Source of the DNA: Octopus vulgaris
Taxonomy: Eukaryota
Assembly (NCBI GenBank): GCA_951406725.2
Contig: OX597841.1
Span: forward strand, 26,970,001-27,034,000
DNA: 64,000 nucleotides
Reading direction: 5' to 3'
Under the pieces are notes generated by a model. The model was not told the origin of the DNA. It worked only from the letters and a program-made list of their open reading frames with translations, and did no database searches. The translations under genes and the position numbers were made by a program. Below, piece after piece: positions 13,716-28,180 of the stretch; position 1 is the first letter of the stretch, and each line of letters starts with the position of its first letter.

Positions 13716-13924
13716 ATATATGAGCATGTCTAGATATGCAACTATGTGCATGAGAATACATACATAAAACATACAAATCTGCACATACATACATACATAC
13801 ATACATACATACATACATACATACAAAAATACCCTGTTGTTGATGTTGATGTTGAAATTCCAGTGAAACCGGCTCTTTCTCTATTGGTAAGAAATCTTGA
13901 AATAAAGCTCAACAATAACATACA

Positions 13925-14565
<641 letters not shown>

Positions 14566-14573
14566 AGACAACA

Positions 14574-14735
14574 AGCGCAGGAGTGGCTGTGTGGTAAGTA
14601 GATTGTTTACCAACCACATGGTTCCGGGTTCAGTCTCACTGCGTGGCATCTTGGGCAAGTGTCTTCTGCCATAGCCCCGGGCCGACCAATGCCTTGTGAG
14701 TGGATTTGGTAGACGGAAACTGACAGAAGCCTGTC

Positions 14736-14779
<44 letters not shown>

Positions 14780-14995
14780 TTGTGTGCCTGTGTTTGTCCC
14801 CCTAGCATTGCTTGACAACCGATGCTGGTGTGTTTACGTCCCCGTCACTTAGCGGTTCGGCAAAAGAGACCGATAGAATAAGTACTGGACTTACAAAGAA
14901 TAAGTCCCGGGGTCGATTTGCTCGACTAAAGGCGGTGCTCCAGCATGGCCGCAGTCAAATGACTGAAACAAGTAAAAGGGTAAAGAGTAAAGAGT
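14574..14995 (+). mobile_element. SINE family A, full length
   Basis: tRNA-like head, cttgggcaagtg core, internal microsatellite, (GAGTAAA)-like tail. Confidence 0.9.
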
Positions 14996-15294
14996 AAGCC
15001 TAGGCGATGCAAACCAGGACTGATGACGTCATCATGATAGGGTGAGAATGACTCCCAGATGTTAGCTTCCCATGGGGCATGAGGCGATGGCCAGAACAGT
15101 CTGGAAAAGGGTAACAAAAAATGAAAACACCCACAAACGAAGTTGAGCATATTGAGACCGATGGGTGAAAAGAAGTTGAAATATTTGGATTTTGTTAGAA
15201 CTGAAAAAAATGAATTCTAAACTTTAAAAAAAAATTAAATGTAAAATTGGAAATTAAAATTTAAAACGTCCAGCAAATTAAGACAGAATATTTT

Positions 15295-16460
15295 TTTGCG
15301 TTGGACCACAAAGAAACGATATGTTTTGTTGTGGAATTCAGCTGCCATCTGGATACGAACCTGGTTAGAAAAACACAAGAGAAAGAGGACATCTATGGAG
15401 CATTGATGAGGAGTTTGCAAACCCAGAACCTAAGATACACTTTCAGCTTCATATCTATTATTCTTGGAGCAACTGGATACATACCAGCCATTCTGGAGCA
15501 AAGTATGGCTAAATTTGGGGTTTACTCTGGAGCAAGGTTGCAAAGGTAAGTATCTTGTTTTAACCATCATTCTTTAAACCTTAAGAAAGTTTTGCAAATA
15601 TTTTTCGAGAACGCAAATCTTTAATTCATACGCTACGAAAGATAATAATATCTGGGACTATACAAGAGAAAGGGGACATCTATGAACCATTGATAAGGAG
15701 TTTGCAATTCCAGAACGTAAGATACATTTTCAGGTTCATATCTATAATTTTTGAGGCAACTGGATACATACCAGCCATTCTGGAGCAAAGTATGGCTGAA
15801 TTTGGGATCTACTCTGGAGCAAGGTTGCAAAGGTAAGTATCTTGTTTTAACCATCATTCTTTAACCCTTAAGAAAGTTTTGCAAATATTTTTCGAGAACG
15901 CAAATCTTTAATTCATACGCTACGAAAGATAATAATATCTGGGACTATACAAGAGAAAGGGGACATCTATGAACCATTGATAAGGAGTTTGCAATTCCAG
16001 AACGTAAGATACATTTTCAGGTTCATATCTATAATTTTTGAGGCAACTGGATACATACCAGCCATTCTGGAGCAAAGTATGGCTGAATTTGGGATCTACT
16101 CTGGAGCAAGGTTGCAAAGGTAAGTATCTTGTTTTAACCATCATTCTTTAAACCTTAAGACTTTCTTAAGATTTAAAAGATGATGTTTAAAACAAGATGC
16201 TTTCCTTCACAACCTTGCTACCAAGTACGTGGCCGGTCAATGCTACCACAGGATAAGGAGCTTGCAAATACTCCAAGATAGACTTACAGCTTCATACTAT
16301 TATTATTGGAATAACAGGATACATAGCAACCAGTCTGAAGCAAAGTATGGCAGAATTTGGGATCTTGGGTAGGGAATGCAAATCCTTAATTCTTAAGCTA
16401 CCAATGGCTGCGATATTTGGGATTATAAAATCTGCAAGACTTTCTTAAGATTTAAAGAAT
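15295..16460 (+). pseudogene. Degenerate RLE-domain LINE fragments amplified in tandem (287 bp period)
   Basis: DHKETICFVVEFSCHLDTNLVRKTQEKEDIYGALMRSLQ...FISIILGATGYIP is homologous to the 13382 ORF; identical ORFs at 15633 and 15920. Confidence 0.75.
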
Positions 16461-16543
16461 AATCGAAGAATAAGAAAACAACAAAAAACAAGATACTTTC
16501 TATCAGAATCTTGCTACGAATTAGAATTATAAGGAAACACAAA

Positions 16544-16910
16544 CGGCGCAGGAGTGGCTGTGTGGTAAGTAGCTTGCTTATCAACCACATGGTTCCGGGT
16601 TCAGTCCCACTACGTGGCATCTTGGGCAAGTGTCTTCTGCTATAGCTTCGGGCCGACCAATGCCTAGTGAGTGGATTTGGTAGACGGAAACTGAAAGTAG
16701 CCTGTCGTATATACGTATGTATATATATGTCCTCCTAGCATTGCTTGACAACCGATGCTGGTGTGTTTATGTCCCCGTCACATAGCGGTTCGGCAAAAAG
16801 AGATCGATAGAATAAGTACTGGGCTTACAAAGAATAAGTCCCGGGGTCGAGTTGCTCGATTAAAGGCGGTGCTCCAGCATGGCCGCAGTCAAATGACTGA
16901 AACAAGTAAA
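16544..16910 (+). mobile_element. SINE family A
   Basis: Head and tail match other copies. Confidence 0.9.
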
Positions 16911-16931
16911 CGAGAAACGAGAACGAGAACA

Positions 16932-16969
<38 letters not shown>

Positions 16970-17214
16970 CACACGCGTACACAAGCGTTGATTCGTTCGT
17001 TCGTTCATTTTTATGACGAGGGAGAAAATCACCGTCTCAGAAGTTGATATTTTAATTTTTTTTTTTTGTCTCTCTTCAAAAAGTAAATCAGGGTTTAGAG
17101 AAAGTTACTTCGAATTTAATGGAATGAACTACACCATTTTTTTTTTTCATTTGTCCATTGATATAATTCAATTTTCCTTTCTATTTCGATAAAACTTATG
17201 AAGTCCTTCATTTG

Positions 17215-17257
17215 GACACGGAGGCCGTTTCGGTATCGTCTAATCTCATCAGTACAT
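17215..17257 (-). ncRNA. Hammerhead-like motif with canonical CTGATGA/GAAA core and degenerate helices
   Basis: Reverse complement atgta-CTGATGA-gattagacgatacc-GAAA-cggcc-TC. Confidence 0.3.
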
Positions 17258-17286
17258 AACTTAACACGCATGCACACACAAACATA

Positions 17287-17334
<48 letters not shown>

Positions 17335-17389
17335 AATAACTATATACACATGTATACGCTCAAAAATATACACATATGTAGAAATATAT

Positions 17390-17420
<31 letters not shown>

Positions 17421-18132
17421 GATATAGATATATATAGATAGATAGATATATATATATAGATATATATATAGATAGATATATATTTAGATATATATTTAGA
17501 TATATATAGATACATACATACATACACACACGAACTTAATGTCTACAAGGTAATAATTTTTTTATGTCGGGTAGGTAGATAATTATATCATAAATTAGAT
17601 TAGGTTATAGGTTATATACACACACACATATATATATACATATATATACACACACATATATGCATATATATACACATATACATATATATGCATACATAAA
17701 CATATATAGATATGTATATGCATATATATACATATATATATATGCATATATATACATATATATATTCACATATATACACACACATATATATATATACATA
17801 TATATACACACACATATATGCATATATATACACATATACAGATATATGCATACATAAACATAAATAGATATGTATATGCATATATATACATATATATATA
17901 TGCATATATATACGCATATAAATTCACATATATACACACACATATATATATACATATATATACACACACATATATGCATACATACATGCCTATATATATA
18001 TATATGCATACCATATATATATATATATATATACCATGGAGACAGGCATTTAGTTTTATGTGGTATTTCATTAGTATTATAGCAATTTATCTTTCTGAAA
18101 AAATATATACCTCGGTATCCCTAGCTTTGTGC

Positions 18133-18181
<49 letters not shown>

Positions 18182-18336
18182 CAGTGTGTGCATTTGTGTG
18201 TGAGTATACATATACACAAATATATACGGATACATATACATATGTTAATATATACACACATATATGTATATATATATACACGCATATATGTATGCATATA
18301 TATACATATATACACGCACGCATACATACATATATA

Positions 18337-18373
<37 letters not shown>

Positions 18374-18483
18374 GCACATTTACATATGTATACTCATATA
18401 TACACACATATATTTTTATGCAAATATATACACATTCTTATGTATAAATTGGTATATACATACCAATATACAAACTTGCACAG

Positions 18484-18529
<46 letters not shown>

Positions 18530-19283
18530 ATATACACACATATATATACACGCCGTTCTCATTGGTGTTGTTATTGCTGTTGTTACAGCTGCTGATGACG
18601 ATAATGATGTTTCGGGTATTGATGATGATGGTGATGATGATGATCTAGATGATGACGACGACGGCGATGACGATGACGAGAATGGTATTGTTGTTGTTAT
18701 TGTTATTGATGTTGTTGTTGTTGTGTTTGTTGTACCATTCCTTGGCAACGACTCAAGCATTCCACTTGGCGGAATCTCCTTCGCCGCCTCTCCACCTCTC
18801 CACCCCAACACTCTAACACACACACACACACATACACATATATATATACACGCATACATACACCCACCACAAAACATCTCTCCCTGTCTGTCCATATATA
18901 TAAACACACATACACACATACATGCATACATACATACATACATACATACATACATACATACATACATACATGCATACAAATATATATGTATATATACACA
19001 AATATATATGAAGTATATATATATATATATAGATAGATATACACTGCATATATATACATATATATATATCCTGATATACATAGTTATACGTACACATTTG
19101 TATTTGTACATACATACATATATATATATATATACATACATGCATAAATATTATTTATATATATATATATACATATAGATATAAACAAATACATATATCC
19201 TTATATATATACACACGCATTCAAATATATATATATATATATATATATATACACGCATTCAAACAGATGCATCAATGGTATAG

Positions 19284-19323
<40 letters not shown>

Positions 19324-19370
19324 GAGTAAGAATAAATATGTTTATATATAGGTGTGTTTGTGTGTGTATA

Positions 19371-19422
<52 letters not shown>

Positions 19423-20041
19423 CACAATTAGTTTTTTCAAACCATTTTCCGTCTCTCGTTCATGAATCCTCACTCAAACTAACAATCTTTCACATACTAA
19501 ACAATCCAAACACACATCATATATATATATATATGTGTGTGTGTATATATATATATATATTTTACAACATTTTTGCTTCTCTCTCGGTTGTCATAGAAGG
19601 TTCCAGTGGTAATCATTGCAAAATGAGTGGTAAGTATTTTGTTGTATTTTGCCAGTTTTATGACAAAGAGCTGACTTCTCCATAGCTTTGTCAAAAACAA
19701 TGGGAGCTTCTGCTACACCTGGGAAATCCATCCTTGCAAAAACTTTATGAAATGCAAAACAGATTAAGAAATTAAATGGTTGTGAGACATCTGTACATCC
19801 TTGGATTTACTCTTTAAATCCTTCGAGTTAATCTTTAAATCTCTGGATTTAAGTGACAACGCTTACACGTTTGTACGACACTTTTGCCACTGTCTTCGTC
19901 GCCATCAAAAGTTGTAGTGACAAACTTTGCAAGAAGACTGGTGATAATTTTATTTGCAAGATTTACGTGAGTATACTTCCTAGAAAAGCTACCTTCTTTA
20001 CAGCAGAGAGAGGAAAAAAGAGAGAGAGAGAGAGAGAGATT

Positions 20042-20430
20042 TACGAGGGACGTTCAATAAGTAATGCCCCTGACCCACTTGCAGTTGTTTGATCTATCTG
20101 AAAATTTGCATGTGCAATTATTTATATCTCTATAGCAGTGCTTTTCAACCTTTTTGCTGGAGCGGAACCCCAAGGAAACATTCCACTGGCTCGAGGAACC
20201 CCTGTGCAATAATTTAATAGTGTTCTGCACACATATCTGCACAGGAGAATTAAAAATTACTGCCGATTTTAGCAGTTTTGTAACTACTTGCGGAACCCCT
20301 GGACTGTACTGGCGGAACCCTAAGGTTCCGCAGAACCCTGGTTGAAAACCACTGCTCTATAGATTAAGTGGCAAATTACAGCTCTGAACTAATTGTGGTT
20401 TCTGATTTACAGGTGTTTTTGAACTGAGTA
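20042..20430 (+). mobile_element. Mariner-type element 5' end (host of the hAT MITE)
   Basis: Begins TACGAGGGACGTTCAATAAGT, a typical mariner TIR after TA. Confidence 0.6.
20136..20354. mobile_element. hAT (Charlie-like) MITE with 8-bp target-site duplication
   Basis: TIRs cagtgcttttcaacc / ggttgaaaaccactg; exact TSD ctctatag at 20128-20135 and 20355-20362. Confidence 0.92.
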
Positions 20431-20899
20431 ATTGCCCCTCTCTGCCTTGGTGAGTACGAAGAAGAGTATTATCTTAACACCCAACATATTTTGGGATCTT
20501 GTATCAATGCTGAGTCTAAATCTCTCAGTCGATTTCCCGAGTGAAACAGGTATCAAGGAAGATATAATAAATGAATTTAATTTTGCCCAGTATATAACAG
20601 GTATTCTATTCATAGAACCGCGGAAGGATGAAAGGCAAAGTCGCAATACTTAAATATCTGTACAATACTTTTGCTACTCTCTTGGTCGTTATAGAAGGTT
20701 CCAGTGACAAACATTGCAAGAGAAATGGTAACTATTTTGAATGCAAATTTGATGTGAGAGTATCTGTCACTCTGAAGAGCTACCTTCTCAACAGCAGAGA
20801 GAAAGAAAGAGAGTGAGAGAAAGGGTGACAAAGAAAGTGAGAGAGAGGGTGAAATATATAACACAATCGCCCATCACTGCCTTGGTAGGTACGAGGAAG

Positions 20900-21200
20900 G
20901 TCGTCTGCCGTTACGTTCCGAGTTCAAATTCCGCCGAGGTCGACTTTGCCTTTCATCCTTTCGGGGTCGATTAAATAAGTACCAGTTATGCACTGGAGTC
21001 GATATAATCGACTCAATCCGTTTGTCTGTCCTTGTTTGTCCTCTCTTTGTTTAGCCCCTTGTGGGTAGTAAAGAAATAACTATTTCGTCTGCCGTTACGT
21101 TGTGAGTTCAAATTCCGCCGAAGTCGACTTTGCCTCCTTTCGATTTAATCGACTGGGCTCCTCACCCAAAATTTCAGGCCTTGTGCCTAGAGTAGAAAAC
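20900..21200 (+). mobile_element. SINE family C dimer
   Basis: Meta-like core and tttagccccttgtgggtagtaaagaaata tail. Confidence 0.85.
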
Positions 21201-21230
21201 GATGTATATATATATATATTTTTATGTTTG

Positions 21231-21276
<46 letters not shown>

Positions 21277-21279
<3 letters not shown>

Positions 21280-21673
21280 TTCTCAAAAATAGCGTTCGTA
21301 ACACCTTATCTCATTCGGCTTAACAGCCCTTCTTGTCTTGTTATTCTCCTTGTCCTGTCTTTTACTCTTTGTATTTTGTACTGTCGTTTCTGTCCTGTTT
21401 TTGTTACCATTTTTACCCCTCCGCAAAAAGATCTCAAATTTTATTCAGTTTGCTTTTCGCGGAAAGGAAAGTTTCTATCAAAGATGCGTATCGCCTTCAC
21501 CTTCGAAACGCAGAGTAGATGAAACCATGGCGACTGAAGAAGGGGAATTTTCTTTGTGTTATTTGTCCTGTACTCTATTTTTTCATTGTCCAGAAAAATG
21601 TCCAGTTCCTTGGTTTTGAGTTTATGTTTTCGTTTCTCATTGTGTTCGACGTTTTTTTGGTGTCCTGTACCCA
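21277..21673. mobile_element. TA-flanked repeat, family E (probable Penelope-like terminal repeat)
   Basis: Similar architecture and tgtaccc(ata) end to 46787-47257; partial inverted copy at 36946-37010. Confidence 0.45.
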
Positions 21674-21756
21674 TATATGTATGTATATATACATGTAGAG
21701 GCAGGTACGTACATATATGTATGTATATATGCATATGTTTTATTTATTAATTTGTT

Positions 21757-21798
<42 letters not shown>

Positions 21799-21800
<2 letters not shown>

Positions 21801-22053
21801 GCGCGGAAGATGTTTGTAAGCCATTTAAGAAACACACAAAAGCCGTTCGGTTCACTTCAACATTTAAGTTTAATTTGTCAAAATATTTTCGTCGCTATAA
21901 GACTGCGACCTGTTCACTGACAAAAATGTTGAAGTGAATCGAACGGCTTTTGTGTGTTTCCTAAATGGCTTAGAAACACCTTCCACGCTACAATTGTTTT
22001 CGTTCCAGCACACGATCTCAGATCAAATCACTTGCTATGCAAGTACATCTCCG

Positions 22054-22055
<2 letters not shown>
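21799..22055. mobile_element. Fold-back element in (TA)n: about 67-bp inverted arms enclosing a hammerhead-like fold
   Basis: 21799-21865 is the imperfect reverse complement of 21924-21990; minus strand tttgtc-AGTGAacag-gtcgc..gcgac-GAAA-atattt-t-gacaaa. Confidence 0.6.
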
Positions 22056-22091
<36 letters not shown>

Positions 22092-22224
22092 CGACCTCGA
22101 ACACACAAGTGCAAACAAGGGAGACAGAGAAAGGCAGAATGCCACTTATATTTGAACACTATACAAATATTCCTTTAAAAAAACTTTTCTTCTAATTTTT
22201 CTAAATTTAATTATTTAATCGTTA

Positions 22225-22262
22225 CAGTTGAAAAGGTCTCAAAATGACCGAAACCGGTACTG
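22225..22262 (+). ncRNA. Minimal hammerhead-like motif
   Basis: cag-TTGAAAA-ggtc-tcaaaat-gacc-GAAA-ccgg-TA-ctg: helices I and II and a palindromic helix III all pair; the first core box has decayed from CTGAAGA. Confidence 0.55.
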
Positions 22263-22313
22263 AAATGTTCTTTATAAAATTATTTTAGCATTTTCTATTT
22301 TGACTTGTTTGTC

Positions 22314-22379
<66 letters not shown>

Positions 22380-22849
22380 GTAAAAAAATACAAAGTGGGA
22401 CAAGAACGTGAAACATTTAGAAGACGACACAAAAAACACGGACGGGACATTCGAAGCCTTCAATCTTCAGTCAAGAACCGGATCATCTTCGCAATTTCGG
22501 CTGATTAATCTTGGTCTCCAGTCTCCCTACCTCTCGCTCTTACGCCTATTAATCCTCCACCAAGACCACCACCACCACCACCACCGCCGTCACATACGCA
22601 TGCCCGCATAGATAACACCTCTATTCAAATAGTGACACTCACACGCACAGAGACCTAGTGACCCACATACACACGTATGTAAGTAAGACTCGTGCGCCTG
22701 CTGACGTTACAGGCAGACGGGCAGGCACGTGTCACCTCATGATACAGCGAGAGTGGAATAAGGGTGGGAAGGCGGTCCCGCAGGCGAGGGTCGCCCACTC
22801 ACCCGACCTGCTAGAAATAGCAGTTACATTTCCCTCAAATCATATCTCT

Positions 22850-23050
22850 CTTTTACTCTTTTGTTTCAGTCATTTGACTGTGGCCATGCTGGGGCACCGC
22901 CGTTAGTCGAGCCAATCGACCCACAGGACTTGTTCCTTGTAAGCCTGGTACTTATTCTGTCGGTATCTTTTTTGCCGAACCGCTAAGTTACGGGGACGTA
23001 AACACACCAGCATCGGTTGTCAAGCGATGTTGGGGTGGGAGTGGGGGACA
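22850..23050 (-). mobile_element. SINE family A 3' half
   Basis: tttcagtcatttgactgtggccatgctggggcaccgcc...gcatcggttgtcaagc. Confidence 0.85.
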
Positions 23051-23059
23051 AACAGACAC

Positions 23060-23940
23060 AACGCCATCAGCACCATCACTAACGCCACCATAACTACCAC
23101 CACCACCACCACCACTGCCGCCACCGTCACCACCTCCTTCACTACCACCATCACCACAGCCGTCACCGCCACCTCAGCATCATTAGCAGCAGCTAGCACA
23201 CCACCACCACCACCACCACCACCGTCGCCGCCACCACAGTCAACACCACCACCGCCTCCACCACAACCATACACCACAATCACCACCGCTACCATCATCA
23301 CCACCATCATTAACGCAACCACCAACACCACCATTACCACCACCATCACCATCATCACCACCACCACCACCGTCGCCGCCACCACAGTCAACACCACCAC
23401 AACCATACACCACAATCACCACCGCTACCATCATCACCACCATCATTAACGCAACCACCAACACCACCATTACCACCACCATCACCATCATCACCACCAC
23501 CACCACCGTCGCCGCCACCACAGTCAACACCACCACAACCATACACCACAATCACCACCGCTACCATCATCACCACCATCATTAACGCAACCACCAACAC
23601 CACCATTACCACCACCATCACCATCATCACCACCACCACCACCGTCGCCGCCACCACAGTCAACACCACCACAACCATACACCACAATCACCACCGCTAC
23701 CATCATCACCACCACCATCACCGCCACCACAGTCAACACCACCACCGCTACCATCATTGTCACCATCACCACCACCACCACCACCGTCACCGCCACCACA
23801 GTCAACAACACCACCACCACCTCCACCACTATCGCCACCGCTACCATCATTATCATCATCATCACCGCCACGACCACCACCGTCACCATAGTCCACACCA
23901 CCGCCTCCACCACCACCACCACACCAATCTCCACCCCAAC
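23060..23940. repeat. (CAC)n-rich low-complexity region with a 136-bp tandem unit
   Basis: cagtcaacaccacc...accatacaccacaatcacc recurs; identical ORF starts at 23415, 23551 and 23687. Confidence 0.9.
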
Positions 23941-24319
23941 CATTCACTCAGCTATACTCATTGACCCTCCTCCTCCTCCTCCTCCTCCCCCCGCTAAGAA
24001 CGCTGAACAACGTCGAAAGAGAGAAAGGAAGAGTAAGAGAGAGAGAGAGAATGAGAAAGAAAAAGAAGGATAGGGAGAGAGAGAGAGGGGGGGGGAGATT
24101 GAATGATAGAGAGAGTGAGGGCGAGAGAGGAAGAGGGAGAGAGGTGAACAGAAGAAAAATGATGGCGTTCTAGGGAAACGAACACACAGACACACAAATA
24201 TATATCGAACATTCATTGCTCTTCCTCCCCCACCTCTCTCTCTCTCTCTCTCTCTGTGACTCAGCCTTTTCCTCTGTGTGTGTGTGTGTGCGCGTTTGTG
24301 TGTTTGTGTGTGTGTGTGT

Positions 24320-24354
<35 letters not shown>

Positions 24355-25340
24355 TTGTGTGTGCCTTTGTGTGTGTGTGTGTGTGTCTTTCTCTGTCCGC
24401 CTCGCTGTCTGTCTCTTTCGCTCTCCTTCACTCTTTCTGTCTCTCCCTCCCTCTCTCAGTCTTCCAGTTTCTGTCTCCCTCTCTCTCTGTCTCTCTCTCT
24501 CTGTCGCTCTTCTTTCCCTGCTTTTGTATCAGTTTGTCTTTCTTTCTTTCTCTTCCTGTCTCTCTCTCTCTCCCTCACCTTATCTCTTTCACTTTCACTG
24601 TCTGTCCCTTTCCCTCTCTCTCTGCGTCTTTCCCTCTCTTTCTCTCATTATCTATCTATCTATCTATCTATCTGTCTGTCTGTCTGTCAGCCCATCCATC
24701 CATCCATCCATCTATCTATCTATCTATCTCTATCTATCTATCTATCTATCTATCTACTAAGAGTAAAACATGTTTTATATGACACATTCTACCAGTATAC
24801 GAAGTTTGAAAGTGTTTAGTCACAAAAATTTTTTTTCTAAATCTGCCGGTCAAAAGGTAACGATCCCTTATTCACCCACCCCCCCCGATGCCCTAGCGAT
24901 TGTACCATTCCGCCACTCCTAGGAGGATAACAGTTTCTGGTTTAAGCCGTTAGAATTGAAATTTCCCTGCCAAATACAGTTCTTATCCATTGAAATTGTT
25001 TCGAATTCATCATGCGTTATCTTGTAGCTTTGAGATTTTCACAATGTGATTGTTTATTTTTAGAATGGCATTGTAGGATAGGTGTGAGAGGCTACATCTG
25101 GTCAGTTTAAACATCGACACTTTCGCGTTCAGATTACTGCCAAATGTAATGCTTATCTATTGAAATTATTTTGGATTAATCATGGATTATCTGATAACCT
25201 CAAGACTTCAATGACGTGATTGTGTATTTGTAGTATTGTAGGGTGGGTGTAAGAGGCCGGATCAGGCTGGGTAGAACATAAGGCAAGGAGAATGTAGATA
25301 TTGGCTGTTTAGATCCTAAAGATTTAAAGCTACTAAAGAA

Positions 25341-25735
25341 GCGCAGGAGTGGCTGTGTGGTAAGTAGCTTGTTTACCAACCACATGGTTCCGGGTTCAGT
25401 CCCACTGCGTGGCACTTTGAGCAGGTGACTTCTACTAGAGCCTCGGGCCGACCAAAGCCTTGTGAGTGGATTTGGTAGACGGAAACTGAAAGAATCCCCT
25501 CGTAAATATATATGTATGTGTATGTTATTGTATATCTATGTTTGTCTCCAACTCCATCGCTTGACAACCGATGTTGGTGTATTTACGTCCCCGTAACTTA
25601 GCGTTTCGGCAAAAGAGACCGATAAAATAAGTACTAGGCTTACAAAGAATAAGTCCTGGGGTCGATTTGTTCGACTAAAGGCAGTGCTCCAGGATGGCCG
25701 CAGTAAAATGACTGCAACAAATAAAAGAATAAAGA
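25341..25735 (+). mobile_element. SINE family A
   Basis: Full head-core-tail. Confidence 0.9.
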
Positions 25736-25740
25736 TTATA

Positions 25741-25976
25741 TTAATCCTTTAGCATTGGGATTAACAACACTATGAAACGTAATCCTTATTTAGTCACATC
25801 GCTTTGAATTAATCCTGCATTATCTCATAGCTTTGAGATTCCAATGACATGATTGTTTATATATTTAAAATGACATTGCATGATTGGTGAAAGAGGCCAG
25901 ATCTGGTCAATTTTAACATAGAATATTGCAGAATATTTTGACTGGATATGGCCAGTTTGAAAGCTCAAAGGATTAA
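25741..25976. mobile_element. piggyBac-like MITE (TTAA-bounded), with degenerate neighbours at about 24940-25340 and 25977-26095
   Basis: ttaatcctttagcatt...aaagctcaaaggattaa ends; the internal sequence tgtaggataggtgtgagaggc recurs in the neighbours. Confidence 0.55.
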
Positions 25977-26291
25977 CAGTCAGCATTCAGATTATCTTGT
26001 CAAATGTGAGGCTTATTTATTCATTTTGTTAAGGATTAATCATGGATTATCTAATGGCTTTGATACAACATTGTAGGATAGGTGTGAGAGGCTGGAGGTA
26101 GTTGTTATTTCTAGCACACAGACGTTCCTTAGCAGGTGGTTGTGATAACTGTTTGCCGGTGACAATGATGATGATGATGATGACGAATATGGCGATATAA
26201 TGATGACAGTGATAATGGAGATGATGATGATGATGATGATGATAGTGATGATGGAGATGTGGTAAGCAAGCTACTTACCACACAGCCACTC

Positions 26292-26324
<33 letters not shown>

Positions 26325-26325
<1 letters not shown>

Positions 26326-26706
26326 TGGCACTCCGTCGGTTACGACGACGGGGGTTCCAGTTGATCCGATCAACGGAATAGCCTGCTCGTGAAATTAACG
26401 TGCAAGTGGCTGAGCACTCCACAGACACGTGTACCCTTAACGTAGTTCTCGGGGATATTCAGCGTGACACAGAGAGTGATAAGGCCGGCCCTTTGAAATA
26501 CAGATACAACAGAAACAGGAAGTAAGAGTGAGAGAAAGTTGTGGTGAAAGAGTACAGCAGGGATCACAACCATCCCCTGCCGGAGCCTGGTGGAGCTTTT
26601 AGGTGTTTTCGCTCAATAAACACTCACAACGCCCGGTCTGGGAATCGAAACCGCGATCCTACGACCGCGAGTCCGCTGCCCTAACCACTGCACCATTGCG
26701 CCTCCA
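26325..26706 (-). mobile_element. SINE family B, full length
   Basis: Head ccattgcgcctcc (reverse complement), body shared with the 31611 copy. Confidence 0.9.
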
Positions 26707-26800
26707 CACACACACACACACACATATATATGCATGCATGTGTGTGTGTGCCTGTATGTATATATATATATATATATATATGTATATTTTTGTGTGTATA

Positions 26801-26845
<45 letters not shown>

Positions 26846-27496
26846 TTTAGTGTGTATATATAAATATGTATGTGTATATATGTATATATATGTATATATA
26901 TGTATAGATGTGCGTGTGTGCGCGTACTTATGTATGTGTATAAGACACATATTGATATCTGTGTATCTATGTGTTTGAATAAACATGTGTGTGTGTGTGT
27001 GTATGAATATGTGTGTGTAAATACATATTTATGATATATATTAATATTAACATTTACATGTGTGCATATATATATAGAAGTGTGTGTGTGTGTGTGTGTG
27101 TACTCATGCACATATAAACACACATACAACCAATTATCTTCTCTCCCCTAAAACTGTCCCCTCTTTGCAAAGTGTAACATCTTAAACAGCTTCCGAGCAT
27201 CGGCGAAGGCGGTGGTGGTGGAGGTCCCACTTTTTGTGATGTTGGTGGGGGGCGGTCGGTGGTTGTGGTGATGGTGGTGGTGGAAATTAAAGGAGACCAT
27301 GATATGGTATCATTTGCTTGTTTTATAGTAATTTTTTTTTTTTTACCTGTTTGATTATTCTATTAATTTATATTTTTTACATTTATTTTCTGGTTCCTTA
27401 TTTCTTCTTTTTTTTTGGGGGGGGTTTATCCTCTTTTTCAGAATTTGATGAAGAGGCGAGAGAAATTCACGGCAAATATAGCGGAGGAGGAGGAAC

Positions 27497-28180
<684 letters not shown>

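Noticed and set aside
19860-19960. Small-GTPase-like SLLAKFVTTTF peptide
   Set aside because: No P-loop or other G boxes, and frameshifts are present
23020-23947. Mucin-like or Gly-rich ORFs (also 42104-42939)
   Set aside because: (CAC)n low-complexity DNA
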